This document shows, piece after piece, positions 1 through 9,931 of a DNA stretch of 64,000 nt. The translations under genes and the position numbers were made by a program. The notes beneath the pieces were generated by a model. The model was not told the DNA's origin. It worked only from the letters and a program-made list of their open reading frames with translations, and ran no database searches. Location: assembly GCF_032191835.1 (NCBI RefSeq), contig NC_083237.1, forward strand, positions 37,510,001-37,574,000, read 5' to 3'. Position 1 is the stretch's first letter. Each line of letters starts with the position of its first letter. The DNA is from Heteronotia binoei. Lineage: Eukaryota.

Positions 1-1
1 C

Positions 2-124
2 CACGCACTTTCTGCCTGCAGCAGAGCAAAGTCCAGAGCGGGAGGTAAGCGTCCCGGTGGCAGCGGTGGCAGTCAGCAGCCCCCTGGAAAAGGGGCCCAG
101 CCCCATCCGCCTGACGGCACTTAA
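2..124 (+). CDS. C-terminal end of Ngaro ORF1 (gag-like), partial
   Basis: Frame 2 reads HALSACSRAKSRAGGKRPGGSGGSQQPPGKGAQPHPPDGT*. H-x4-C fits the last half of a CCHC knuckle. Overlaps the start of the RT frame. Confidence 0.65.
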   Translation, partial: HALSACSRAKSRAGGKRPGGSGGSQQPPGKGAQPHPPDGT

Positions 125-1684
125 TAGGTTGTTGAGTGCATACCCTTGTAAGGCGGACGCCCGATACTTACAGGACGGGTTTACCTTGGGCTTTCGAATT
201 CCATACCAGGGGCCTAGGGCCCCCTTCTTAGCTCCTAATTTACGTTCGGTTGTTGGGCTTGAGCATGTGGTCTGGGCAAAAATAGCTAAAGAATGTCAGG
301 AAGGTAGGGTCCTTGGACCTTTTGATGTACCACCGGTTCCCACGTTGAGGGTGTCCCCTTTGGGGGTGGTACCCAAGAAGTCTGCGGGTGAATATCGGAT
401 TATTCACCACCTGTCGTACCCCAAGGGAGCGTCGGTGAACGACGCCATCCCTGAGGAGCTATGATCGGTGCGCTATACTTCCTTTGACCAGGCGGTCAAA
501 GTAGTACGGGGTTGCGGGGTTGGGGATGAGATGGCAAAATGCGACATTAAGTCTGCATTTCGCCTCTTGCCAGTCCACCCTGAGGATTTTGAGTTATTGG
601 GTTTTTCCTTTGAAGGGAAATACTATATGGATCGGGCGTTGCCAATGGGTTGTTCGATATCCTGTGCTGCATTTGAGCTCTTCAGTTCCTTTTTGGAATG
701 GGCGCTCAGGAACAGGACTGGGGTTAGTGATACGGCGCATTACCTGGACAACTTTTTGTCGGTCCAGCGGGGTCAGAGCAATGCGCTAGGTTGTTGACCT
801 CCTTTCAGGAGTTAGCCCTCGAACTCGGGGTGCCGTTGGCACACGAAAAAACCGAGGGACCCAGCACGGTTCTCACCTTTTTGGGCATCGAGCTGGACAC
901 TCTGCAGCAGACGTCATGTTTGCCGGAGAGCAAGGTCGTCGACCTTAAGGTCTGTTTAGCCACCTTGAGGGGACAGCGTAATGTTTCGCTGCTGGAATTG
1001 CAGCAGGTGGTGGGCCACCTTAACTTTGCTTGCAAAGTGGTGGCCCCGGGCAGGGCATTTTTGAGGCGCCTGTGTGACGCCATGGGCCGGTTGCGTCTCC
1101 CCCACCACCGGGTCCACATTACCGCTGGAATGCGAGCGGACTTGGAGGTCTGGGAAGAGTTTTTGGAGTTCTTCAATGGTGTTTCCTTCTGGAGGGAGGA
1201 CCTGAAGATTGAAGCAGAGCTCCAGATCTCTTCAGATGCGTCCGGTGCCAGTGGGTTCGGTGTATATTTTAGAGGACATTGGTGTGCGGTGCAATGGCCT
1301 GCAGAATGGTTGGATAGTGGGCTCTGTAGAGACCTGACATTTCTGGAATTTTTTCCCATTTTAGTGGCCTTTTGGCTTTGGGGGGAGTAGCTTGCCAACC
1401 ATTCTATCCTTTTTTGGTGCGATAACATGGTGGTAGTACATGTTATCAATTCTCTGACTTCTAAGTCAGTGTTAGTTATGAATTTGGTTAGGTCCTTTAC
1501 CCTGCGTTGCCTTCGGTTGAATATTTTATTCCTGGCAAGGCACGTACCAGGTGTATGCAACGGGGTGGCGGATGCTCTATCTCGCCAACAGATGGAGCGT
1601 TTTTGGCAACTGGCCCCAGAAGCAAATCCTTGGCCGGCGAAAATGCCTGCGGACTATGGCGTCTTGGGAAAAGGAAGCCGGTAG
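57..1684 (+). pseudogene. Ngaro reverse transcriptase / RNase H, disabled
   Basis: Motifs SPLGVVPKK, YRIIHHLSYP, KCDIKSAFRLLP, LPMGCSIS, FLGIELDT, SDASG, LEFFPI, HVPGVCNGVADALSR. Stops at 462-464 and 1388-1390, frameshift near 770-790, YxDD reads YLDN. Confidence 0.9.
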
Positions 1685-2627
1685 AGCCATTCAGCTGGCG
1701 CTAGCTCCTAGTACCAGAAGGGCGTACGACAGAGCTGTCACCCAATTTAGGGATTTTAGGAGTGCTGTTGCACTGCCGGATTTATTTATTTATTTGGGAT
1801 TTATATCCCGCCCTTCCCACAAATGGCTCAGGGCGGATTGTTGGCCGATCCCAGTGGCGCACATCATGCAGTTCAGCGTACACCAGAAGGAGAGAGGCTT
1901 GGGGCTGAAGACCATCAGGGGCCAGCTAGCGGCATTGGCTTTTGTTAGCAAAGCCCGCGGTTTCCCTGAATACACGGGTGATTTTAGGGTTAGGAAGATG
2001 CTGGAGGGCTGGGCCCGGGAGCGGGTCCAGCGTGTTGATGACAGACAACCCATATCCCCGTCTGTCTTTAAGGGGTTGTTTGGGGGTTGGCCCAGTGTTT
2101 GTTCTTCCCCTTTTGAGGCTGCCTTGTTTCATACTGCCTCGCTTCTGGCCTTTTTGGGGGCCTTGCGGGTGAGTGAGCTGGTAGTACAGTCCAAGACTGA
2201 TACTTCTGGGAGGGCGCTCCAGTCTGGGGACGTTAAAATTACGCAGAGTCAGCTTGTTCTGACAATTCGGCAGTCCAAGACTGATCAGCGGCAGAGGGGA
2301 ACTGTCATCACAATTGGTATGTGCTCTTTGCAGGAATTATGTCCGGTTAGGGCCGTTCACCACTACGCTCAGCTCCGGGGAGAAGCTGGGGGTCCTTTTC
2401 TTCGGCATGATGATGGCTCCCCTCTCACCAAATATCAGTTCTGGTCAGTAACAAGTAGGGCCCTAGCTAGGCTGGGTTTGAAGGGCGTCAAATTTGGGAC
2501 GCATTCCTTGCGGATTGGGGCGGCCTCCACAGCTGCTATAATGGGTTACACGCCCTCCGCCATCCGGCACATTGGCCGATGGTGGTCGGCAGCCTATAAA
2601 ACTTATGTGCGTCCACTGGTCACCTAA
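1656..2627 (+). CDS. Tyrosine recombinase of the Ngaro element
   Basis: ATG at 1656. Catalytic motifs LRVSE, HSLRIG, IGRW and YKTY present. Open frame, including a 57-nt in-frame insertion. Confidence 0.9.
   Translation: MASWEKEAGRAIQLALAPSTRRAYDRAVTQFRDFRSAVALPDLFIYLGFISRPSHKWLRADCWPIPVAHIMQFSVHQKERGLGLKTIRGQLAALAFVSKARGFPEYTGDFRVRKMLEGWARERVQRVDDRQPISPSVFKGLFGGWPSVCSSPFEAALFHTASLLAFLGALRVSELVVQSKTDTSGRALQSGDVKITQSQLVLTIRQSKTDQRQRGTVITIGMCSLQELCPVRAVHHYAQLRGEAGGPFLRHDDGSPLTKYQFWSVTSRALARLGLKGVKFGTHSLRIGAASTAAIMGYTPSAIRHIGRWWSAAYKTYVRPLVT
1783..1839 (-). mobile_element. 57-bp LINE (L2-like) 3' tail inserted in frame in the recombinase
   Basis: tatttatttatttgggatttatatcccgcccttcccacaaatggctcagggcgg matches the tail at about 45125-45185. 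CGGATT is duplicated at 1777-1782 and 1834-1839. Confidence 0.75.
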
Positions 2628-2695
2628 CGGCAAGTGGTGGGCATTGTTGGTTTGCTATGTTGCTATTATCTGCTGACAGTTGTTTGTCTTTTCAG

Positions 2696-3291
2696 GTGCT
2701 GTGGCTCATGGCGAGAGACGTCGGGTTCTCATCTGCGGGCACAGCATGGTTTTCTGGGCTGCCCATTTCGCCAGACGGTCTCCAGTGGGCACCCAGCTTG
2801 GCCTCAGTGCGTGGGCTACGGTGGAGTGGCTCGGTCGTCGGGGGCTGCGTTGGCCTGGGATTATGCCCCTGTTGTTCAGGGAGTGGAAGGCACCACCTCC
2901 ACACATTCTTGTCGTCCATTTGGGTGGGAACGACTTGGGGCTGCTGCGGGGGAAAGCTCTCTCCCAGCAGGCGTTGGCGGACCTCCGCGATATTCGGCGG
3001 ATGTGGCCTGGGGTTATTCTGGTATGGTCGGCAATTCTGCCGCGTAGGGTGTGGAGGCATGCCATTTTGCCGGGCGGTGTGGAGCGCGCTAGGCGCAAGG
3101 CCAATAGGGCCATTCAGAAAGCTATGGAAGGGGGATTGGGAATCTTTCTCCCTCATCTGGCCATACGGGTGGAGCAAGCTGACCTGTATCAGCCGGATGG
3201 TGTTCACCTTTCGGAGTTGGGCAACCGGGCCTTTTTAGATGAGATTCGGCAGGGTTTGCGGTTGGCTCTGGGCCACCCGGTGGGGCGCTAA
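2696..3291 (+). CDS. SGNH/GDSL hydrolase of the Ngaro element, predicted spliced terminal exon
   Basis: Blocks ICGHS, RRGLRW, HLGGNDL and DGVHLS are intact. Preceded by CTGAC, a pyrimidine tract and CAG at 2693-2695. Confidence 0.85.
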
Positions 3292-3656
3292 TGCCTAAGC
3301 AGAGGCTTGGCATTGGCGGTGGCTGGAGGAGGTTTGGCCATAGGGTTTTTAGGGGAGCACCTATGACCTAGCACCGTTGGTGCAGTGGTCTGTATGAACC
3401 GTAGATGGGCTACACGGCTCAGTGCGGGGAATGCAGATCGCAGGGAGCCTCACCTGGGGCAGATCTTTCCATGGGGATTTATGCTTGCCCAGGTGGTGAA
3501 TGGCTGGAGGCCTGGCCGCTCAGCTACAACCCAAATACGGCGGGCTTGTGCTGGGGGCAGGGTGGCTCGCCCTTTGGACAAGGCGGGGTCCTGGGTTGAC
3601 CCCAGGGCTTGTCTGGTTTAGGTTTTCACTCCTGCCAGTTACAGTAATTAATTGTT

Positions 3657-3662
3657 AATAAA
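3657..3662 (+). terminator. Polyadenylation signal of the Ngaro element
   Basis: AATAAA about 60 nt before the element end; the same motif context occurs in the second Ngaro copy. Confidence 0.6.
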
Positions 3663-3721
3663 GCGGCCCGGTTTAAAACCCAACACTTGTGTCTGCTTCT
3701 TCATTCCGACTGGGGGGGCAA

Positions 3722-3758
3722 AGTCCCCAGTTATTTCTTGAATTGGCCTTGGCAACAG
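3722..3758. mobile_element. hAT MITE terminal fragment, the insertion site of the Ngaro element
   Basis: agtccccagttatttcttgaattggccttggcaac matches the right end of the MITE at about 32763-32801. Confidence 0.6.
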
Positions 3759-4039
3759 TTTTACAGGCCCTACAGAAGGCTAATAAGCCTGGTAGGGCCT
3801 GAATCTCTGTAGGGAGCTGATTCCACCAGGTCAGGGCCAGGACTGAAAAAGCCCTGGCCCTAGTTGAGGCAAGGCAGGCCTGAAATGGCCAACAGATGTT
3901 GGGAGGCCGAATGTAACGACCTCCTGGGCATATATAGAAGGAAATGGTCCCGCAGGTATGTTGGTCCCAGGCTGCATAAATCTTTAAACGTTAAAACTAA
4001 AACCTCGAAGTGGATCTGGTACTCAATGGGCAACCAGTG

Positions 4040-4715
4040 CAGAAAAGAGATAACTAAAGAAAGACATGTTAGAGGCTTATAAAATTATGCATGGGGTGGA
4101 AATAATTGACAGAACTTTTTCCTCCCTCTTTCCAAATTCTAGAACTCAATGACATCCAATGAAGCTAAAGGGAAGTAGATTCAGGATAAACAAAAGGAAA
4201 TACTTCTTTAAAAGGTGATTCAAATGTGTAATTTTCAGTCAGAGAATGTAGTGATGGGCACTGGAATGTAGATTCAGGTGGGTAGCCATGTTGGTCTGCA
4301 ACGACAGAAGAAAATTTGATACCAACAAAGTTTACTCCTTGTTACAAACTTTTGTGTGCATGCACAATATATCTGAATAAGTGTGCATGCACATGAAAGC
4401 TTATACCCATTAAACTCTGTAAGTCTTAAAGGTGCCACTGGACTCACTTTGTCCACAGGAATAAACAGGATTACGGAGATTTAAGGAGAATAAGTCTAAC
4501 AATGACCAATAGCCATGGTGACTGAGGGGAACCTCCATGTAAAGGAGCTCTAAATCTCTGAATCCCATGGCCAGGAGGCAACATCAGGGAATGCCTCGGC
4601 CTCTATGCCCTGTTGTTGGCCCTCTAGAGGAACTGGTTGGCCATTGCGTGAGACAGGTTGCTGGACTAGATAGACTATTTGTCTGATTCAGTTGGGCTCT
4701 TCTTATGTTCTTAAA
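4040..4715 (+). mobile_element. CR1 LINE 3' fragment interrupted by a short repeat at about 4275-4470 (possibly a Penelope-like terminus)
   Basis: gacatgttagaggcttataaaattatgcatgg...aaaggaaatacttcttt, and the tail ending gctcttcttatgttctta. Confidence 0.65.
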
Positions 4716-5570
4716 TAAATAAATAAGTAGGGAATAGTTTGAGGTGTGCTGCATCATACTGAAGCATACATATGGTCAGTAATGGAACACAACTATCAAT
4801 TATGATTACATGTGGAAGTGCTGGATTTTGGAACTGTTGTTGGTTAGCTTGTGTTTGGTCAACACATCAGGATTCCTCATGTAGGTCATATGAAAATTTC
4901 ATTAGAAGAATCCTTGGAGAATGTAAGTAACCATTGCATTTTTTTTAATTCAATGGGGGATGAGGAAACAGTATCACCAGCAGGACAACGCCCCACTTCC
5001 CTATTTTTTGCATCATGCAACAATGAAGCCAAATGTATGATGGTGGAATGAACAGCCTATGAATGGCAAAAGTCATGAAGGTCATGACGAACTTGAAGTT
5101 TTATAATCTTAACTTTTTCATAGTGTTGCATTTGAGAAAGGAATTATAAGTCAATACTATGAGAAGAGTTACATAAATTGTAACAACAATTGGAAGACCG
5201 GTGTTGACCTATGGAGCAGGTGCCAGCATTTCCCCCACACACACACACACCTCCTCAGATGGAATCATGAGAGTGGGGGACCATATTTAGGCTCAGTGCA
5301 GGAGTGCTTTCCAATCGGGAGATGAATGGCTGGCCAGGTCTGGCAGTGACTTCCATTCCCCAATCATTCTGTCCAACATAAGCTCTCCACCAACCTACCT
5401 TCTCTTTAAAGACCATGTGCGATCAGCTAATTGCTGGTTAAAGGAATGAAAAGGAACATTTTGGGCTGAAAGGCTTTAGGGGCTGTGTTGCGGCAGCGGG
5501 ATTGTTGCTGTCTGGGGTTCCTTGAGTCAGCATTGCAGCATTGCAGTTTAGGTAAATTTGTTGAAGTTCC

Positions 5571-5805
5571 NNNNNNNNNNNNNNNNNNNNNNNNNNNNNN
5601 NNNNNNNNNNNNNNNNNNNNNNNNNNNNNNNNNNNNNNNNNNNNNNNNNNNNNNNNNNNNNNNNNNNNNNNNNNNNNNNNNNNNNNNNNNNNNNNNNNNN
5701 NNNNNNNNNNNNNNNNNNNNNNNNNNNNNNNNNNNNNNNNNNNNNNNNNNNNNNNNNNNNNNNNNNNNNNNNNNNNNNNNNNNNNNNNNNNNNNNNNNNN
5801 NNNNN
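5571..5805. other. Assembly gap (235 N)
   Basis: Run of N. Confidence 1.
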
Positions 5806-5900
5806 ACAATGCTAGAATATCTTTTTTGAGGTGTGGTGACCAGAATTGTACACAGTACACAGTACAATTCTGGTTACCACACCTCAAAAAAGATATTATA
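5806..5900 (-). mobile_element. CR1 ORF2 fragment
   Basis: Translates [14 protein letters not shown], the same as CR1 at about 27900. Confidence 0.8.
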
Positions 5901-7164
5901 ACACTTTTGGTGATGTCAGAGGTGTGGCCTCACATACTAATGAGTTTATGCTGGGCATTTTCTACAAAAAAAAAGCCCTGATCTTTGTGCTATAGCACTC
6001 ATTCTCAACTGGATTGCCTTGTCCATTTAGGAAAATCCAGTTGCAAATGATTGTTGTGGGGCAATGATAGTGGGAGATAGTGCATTCAAACACAGCCAGC
6101 ATGCGCTAATTATCTTTTTAAATTTGTGACATAATAAACATAACAATGCAGCTGAGGGAAAAGAATTTCCTCAGATTTTTCTGATTAGGGATGCCAGACC
6201 CTTGGGAGCAATTTGCAAAGACTGTACAGGCTTTAAATGAATCTCCTTTCCATGCTCAGAGAGTTTTTTCTTTCCTTCATTCATCTAGTTAGAATGAGAA
6301 ATCAGCTGCATACATTATGGGAAGCTCCATGACAAGATTCAGTGATGTAGATGAATTGAAGTATGGACTAAAGCATCTAGTGGAAAAATTAAACCTAATG
6401 TAGACATTATCCCCCAAAGTGTTTAATCTGTCATAGAAAGTAGTATTTTTAAAAGCATATTTGCAGCATTCCAGGAAAAGATTGTCAATCTTTTTAACTT
6501 CTTCTAATTTTCCTGTCTACTACTATATCTATTTGTTATCCATTTTATCTAATACTGAGTTTTGTAAATAGAGGAAACCTTGTGCCCTTCTACTTGTGTC
6601 CTTCCACTACCATCAGAAGACTGGAGAAAGGCTTCAAACTTGGCTGAGTGGTATGGCATCATACAAACGTTTATGGAGGAAAATTGATTAATGAACGTTC
6701 CCATTTAGCTTCTGAAGAGATATCCATTGTCTGAAAAATATTTTTTGCAATATTGGCATTACATCATTTAGTAAAGTTTAACTATTTTGCTATCTATGAA
6801 AGTCTCTATTCCATTATGATTACATTTTGTATAACCTTCTAATGGATAGCCCTCTTTGTAAAGACAAGGGTAGTCTCCAAGGGAAGGGGATAGAAAATGT
6901 ATTATTTGAATTTACCCTAAAAATCCCAGACAAGCAGTTAGATCCAGCCAGATACCATTCCCACAATCTTGTGCAAGTTATCTTGTCCATTATTATACAC
7001 CTGTCCCAAATGTATTTTGTCCATGCATGTGCTAAGATCCTCATCATTTTGGGTGGTTAAATAAGAATCTGTGGTCATGTGGTCATCTAGTGATCCATTT
7101 TCCCACTTTTTGTAATATGATAGATTATAAAAATTAATCATATTCATTTGTCGCATGATACAGA

Positions 7165-7440
7165 CTTGAAGAAGAAGAAGAGTGCAATTCATACTCTGCT
7201 CGTCACTCAGAGTCTCAGAGCAGCTTACAAATCTCCTTCTCTTCCTCTTCCTACAGCCGATACCTTGTGACTTAAGGTGGGCTAAGAGAGCTCTAAGAGA
7301 ACTTCTTTTGGGAGAACAGCTCTGAGAGAACTGTGATTGATCCAAGGTAACTCAGTTGGCTGCATGGAAAGGAGTAGGGAATTAAACCTATTTCCCTAGA
7401 TTATAATCCACTACTCTTAACCACTACACCAAATTGGGTC
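7165..7440 (-). mobile_element. tRNA-derived squamate SINE (Squam3-like)
   Basis: Reverse complement begins ccaatttggtgtagtggttaagagtagtgg; ttc-repeat tail. Confidence 0.7.
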
Positions 7441-7966
7441 TCACCCTGGGATTTTACTCTTACATTAGCAATCATTCCTTCACCCCTCCTGATTTCAGAC
7501 TGGTCAGATTCTATCTCAATCTTATCTTTATCATGAACTATCTTTATCATGAACTTTGTTGATGTATCTGCCTCTTATACCTTTGCTTCACCTTCATAAG
7601 CAAAGGGAATGAGTTGCTTGGAGGCACAATGAATTATGAGATTTCCCACATACACTCTGAAGCAATACAAGTAGAGTTCCCTTGTCCTGTGGCCTTGTCT
7701 GAAGATTTAGGTCCACAGGTTACCTTTCTCTCTGCCTCTGAGCAAACTGTTTGAATCTTCAGGACTGCAGAAGCACACTACTATGGATAGGGCTGAGTTC
7801 AAGGTCTTAGAACCTAGGGGTATGCAATTTATAAAATTTTCTATCTATATAGTAGACCTATGTATATGTTTATGTTTAATTTCATTTATACTCCACCCTC
7901 CCCACCAAAGATGGGGACAGAGTAAGCTAATGAGATCTTTAGCCCCCTCCACTTTCTCTTTATTTA

Positions 7967-8111
7967 NNNNNNNNNNNNNNNNNNNNNNNNNNNNNNNNNN
8001 NNNNNNNNNNNNNNNNNNNNNNNNNNNNNNNNNNNNNNNNNNNNNNNNNNNNNNNNNNNNNNNNNNNNNNNNNNNNNNNNNNNNNNNNNNNNNNNNNNNN
8101 NNNNNNNNNNN
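7967..8111. other. Assembly gap (145 N)
   Basis: Run of N. Confidence 1.
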
Positions 8112-8575
8112 GACCCAAACATGCTTACGAGAAAAAAAAACACAGAGATATAATTACAGAAATAAAGAACCAGGGTGGTTTGAGATCCAATTGGGTTGGC
8201 TAACTAAAGGCTACAGGCCTTGCAAATATATTAGAACCTAGAGCCCTACGGCAAATATATTAGAACCTCATGCCCTCACCCTTCCATAGCTTTTAAATAT
8301 ATAAAAAAGGTAACAGAGGTTAAGCCTTGATCATTTACAGATGGAAGACATGTTCTGAAGAGTCCCCCCTCTGCTTAAAGAGCCTTTGGTCACATTCAGC
8401 CTTTTCTACCTGAAACAGAAAAAGGGAAACAGAAACTCAGCTTAGATCATTTCAGGCTGACAGACTTGCTCCCATGATTTCCCTTTCCTCTCCTCATTCA
8501 ACACTCAGTTATTAAGTTGATTCTGATTTATGTGAGTAGAGTTAAAAATCTCTTGTGCTTTGTTCTACTGGTAGC

Positions 8576-9553
8576 ATGAAGATGGACATAGAGGACAAAA
8601 ATTCCAGCCTTGTCTCCACAACTGAATTTCTGCTCCTCAAATTTTCTAATTTTCAAAGACTACAGACCTTACATTTCTTTGGATTCCTGACATTGTACTT
8701 GATAGCAGTGATGGCCAATCTTCTCATCATTATGGCAGTATTATTTGACTGCCATCTGCATACGCCCATGTACTTTTTCTTAATGAACTTGGCTGTCCTG
8801 GACATTGGCTCAATTTCAGTCTTGGTACCTAAAGCTATGGCAAATTCTCTCATGGATAGCAGGACAATTTCTTATTTTGGATGTGTAGCCCAAGTTTTCC
8901 TTCTGCTCTTCTTTGTAGGGTCAGATTTTGCCCTCCTAACAGTGATGGCACATGATAGGTATGTTGCTATCTGCAATCCATTACAGTATGAAAAAATTAT
9001 GCACAAAAGAGCATGCATTAAGATGGTAGTCAGTGCATGGATCAGTGGTGTCCTTAATTCATCATTAAACACAGGAAGCACTTTTGCAATCACCTTCTGC
9101 TCCAATGTGGTCCATCAATTCTTCTGTGAAATCCCACAATTACTCAAACTCTCCTGTTCTGGCCTGGACTTTGTTCAAATTGGAGTTATTGTACTTACTT
9201 GTGGCATAGTGCAAGGATGCTTTATCTTCATCATTCTAACTTATGTGAAGATTTTTGCAACAGTGCTCAAAATCCCATCTGTGCAAAGTCAGAAGAAAGC
9301 CCTCTCCACTTGCATTCCCCACCTCACTGTGGTTTTTCTGCTTGTATTCAGTGGCATCTTTGCCTATGGAAGTTCTATGATTGATACTTCATCTGTTCTA
9401 AATATAGTCTTTGCATTTTTTTATGCTATACTGCCTCCATTTCTCAATCCATTCATCTATACCATGAGAAACAAAGAGATCAAAACTGCCTTATTGAAGT
9501 TGTTCACTATGGCAAATTTTTCTAAAATCATCTCTAGCAGAGTTGTTTTGTGA
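8576..9553 (+). CDS. Olfactory receptor, family 14-like (class II), intact, 325 aa (OR-1)
   Basis: LHTPMYFFLMNL, MAHDRYVAICNPLQY, FFCEIPQLLKLSC, KALSTCIPHL, PPFLNPFIY. Single coding exon; acceptor-like ggtag ends 1 nt before the ATG. Confidence 0.95.
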   Translation: MKMDIEDKNSSLVSTTEFLLLKFSNFQRLQTLHFFGFLTLYLIAVMANLLIIMAVLFDCHLHTPMYFFLMNLAVLDIGSISVLVPKAMANSLMDSRTISYFGCVAQVFLLLFFVGSDFALLTVMAHDRYVAICNPLQYEKIMHKRACIKMVVSAWISGVLNSSLNTGSTFAITFCSNVVHQFFCEIPQLLKLSCSGLDFVQIGVIVLTCGIVQGCFIFIILTYVKIFATVLKIPSVQSQKKALSTCIPHLTVVFLLVFSGIFAYGSSMIDTSSVLNIVFAFFYAILPPFLNPFIYTMRNKEIKTALLKLFTMANFSKIISSRVVL

Positions 9554-9850
9554 AAATGGATTTGTTTTGCAACTGAATGATTCAGCATTAAAATTGTTTA
9601 AATTTTAGGTTTCTGAAGAATGCAGCACTAATCCCCAAACTCCTGTAGATGTGGCAAGTTAATTTCACATAAAGTTATGCACTCATTATTTCAATTGCAC
9701 TTATTTATTAAGAGTATTGGTACGCCTGTTCTTTTCTTCTGATACATTTGGGACCCAAAGTGGGAATTTCCCTTTAAGTATAGTCCCTAAAATTATCATG
9801 GACTCAACCAGATCAATAAAACAAGTAAGTCAGATCCCTTTTAAAGCTCT

Positions 9851-9852
<2 letters not shown>

Positions 9853-9928
<76 letters not shown>
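9853..9928. repeat. (AT)n microsatellite
   Basis: Uninterrupted AT run of about 76 bp. Confidence 0.98.

Positions 9929-9931
<3 letters not shown>

Larger units (their letters stand above)
1..3721 (+). mobile_element. Ngaro-type (DIRS order) tyrosine-recombinase retrotransposon; 5' part lies outside the window
   Basis: Order is ORF1 tail, RT, RNaseH, overlapping tyrosine recombinase, SGNH hydrolase, 3' terminus (AATAAA 3657, ends gactgggggggcaa). No methyltransferase domain after RNaseH, as in Ngaro rather than DIRS1. Confidence 0.9.

Noticed and set aside
805-1560. 251-aa minus-strand ORF and other antisense ORFs over the Ngaro element
   Set aside because: Shadow frames of GC-rich coding sequence with no recognisable motifs.
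1551-1655. Longer 358-aa version of the recombinase ORF from the track
   Set aside because: The upstream extension overlaps the RNaseH frame and starts at an incidental ATG; 1656 (MASWEK) is the more plausible start.
1656-2627. Phage or bacterial integrase interpretation
   Set aside because: The context (RT/RNaseH, polyA signal, vertebrate repeats) identifies a eukaryotic YR retrotransposon.
2680-2695. Non-ATG start for the hydrolase proposed by the ORF track (MFVFSG)
   Set aside because: These bases are a pyrimidine tract plus AG and are not conserved as codons in the second element.
5427-5887. ORFs spanning the N gap (also 7783-8241)
   Set aside because: Artefacts of translating Ns.
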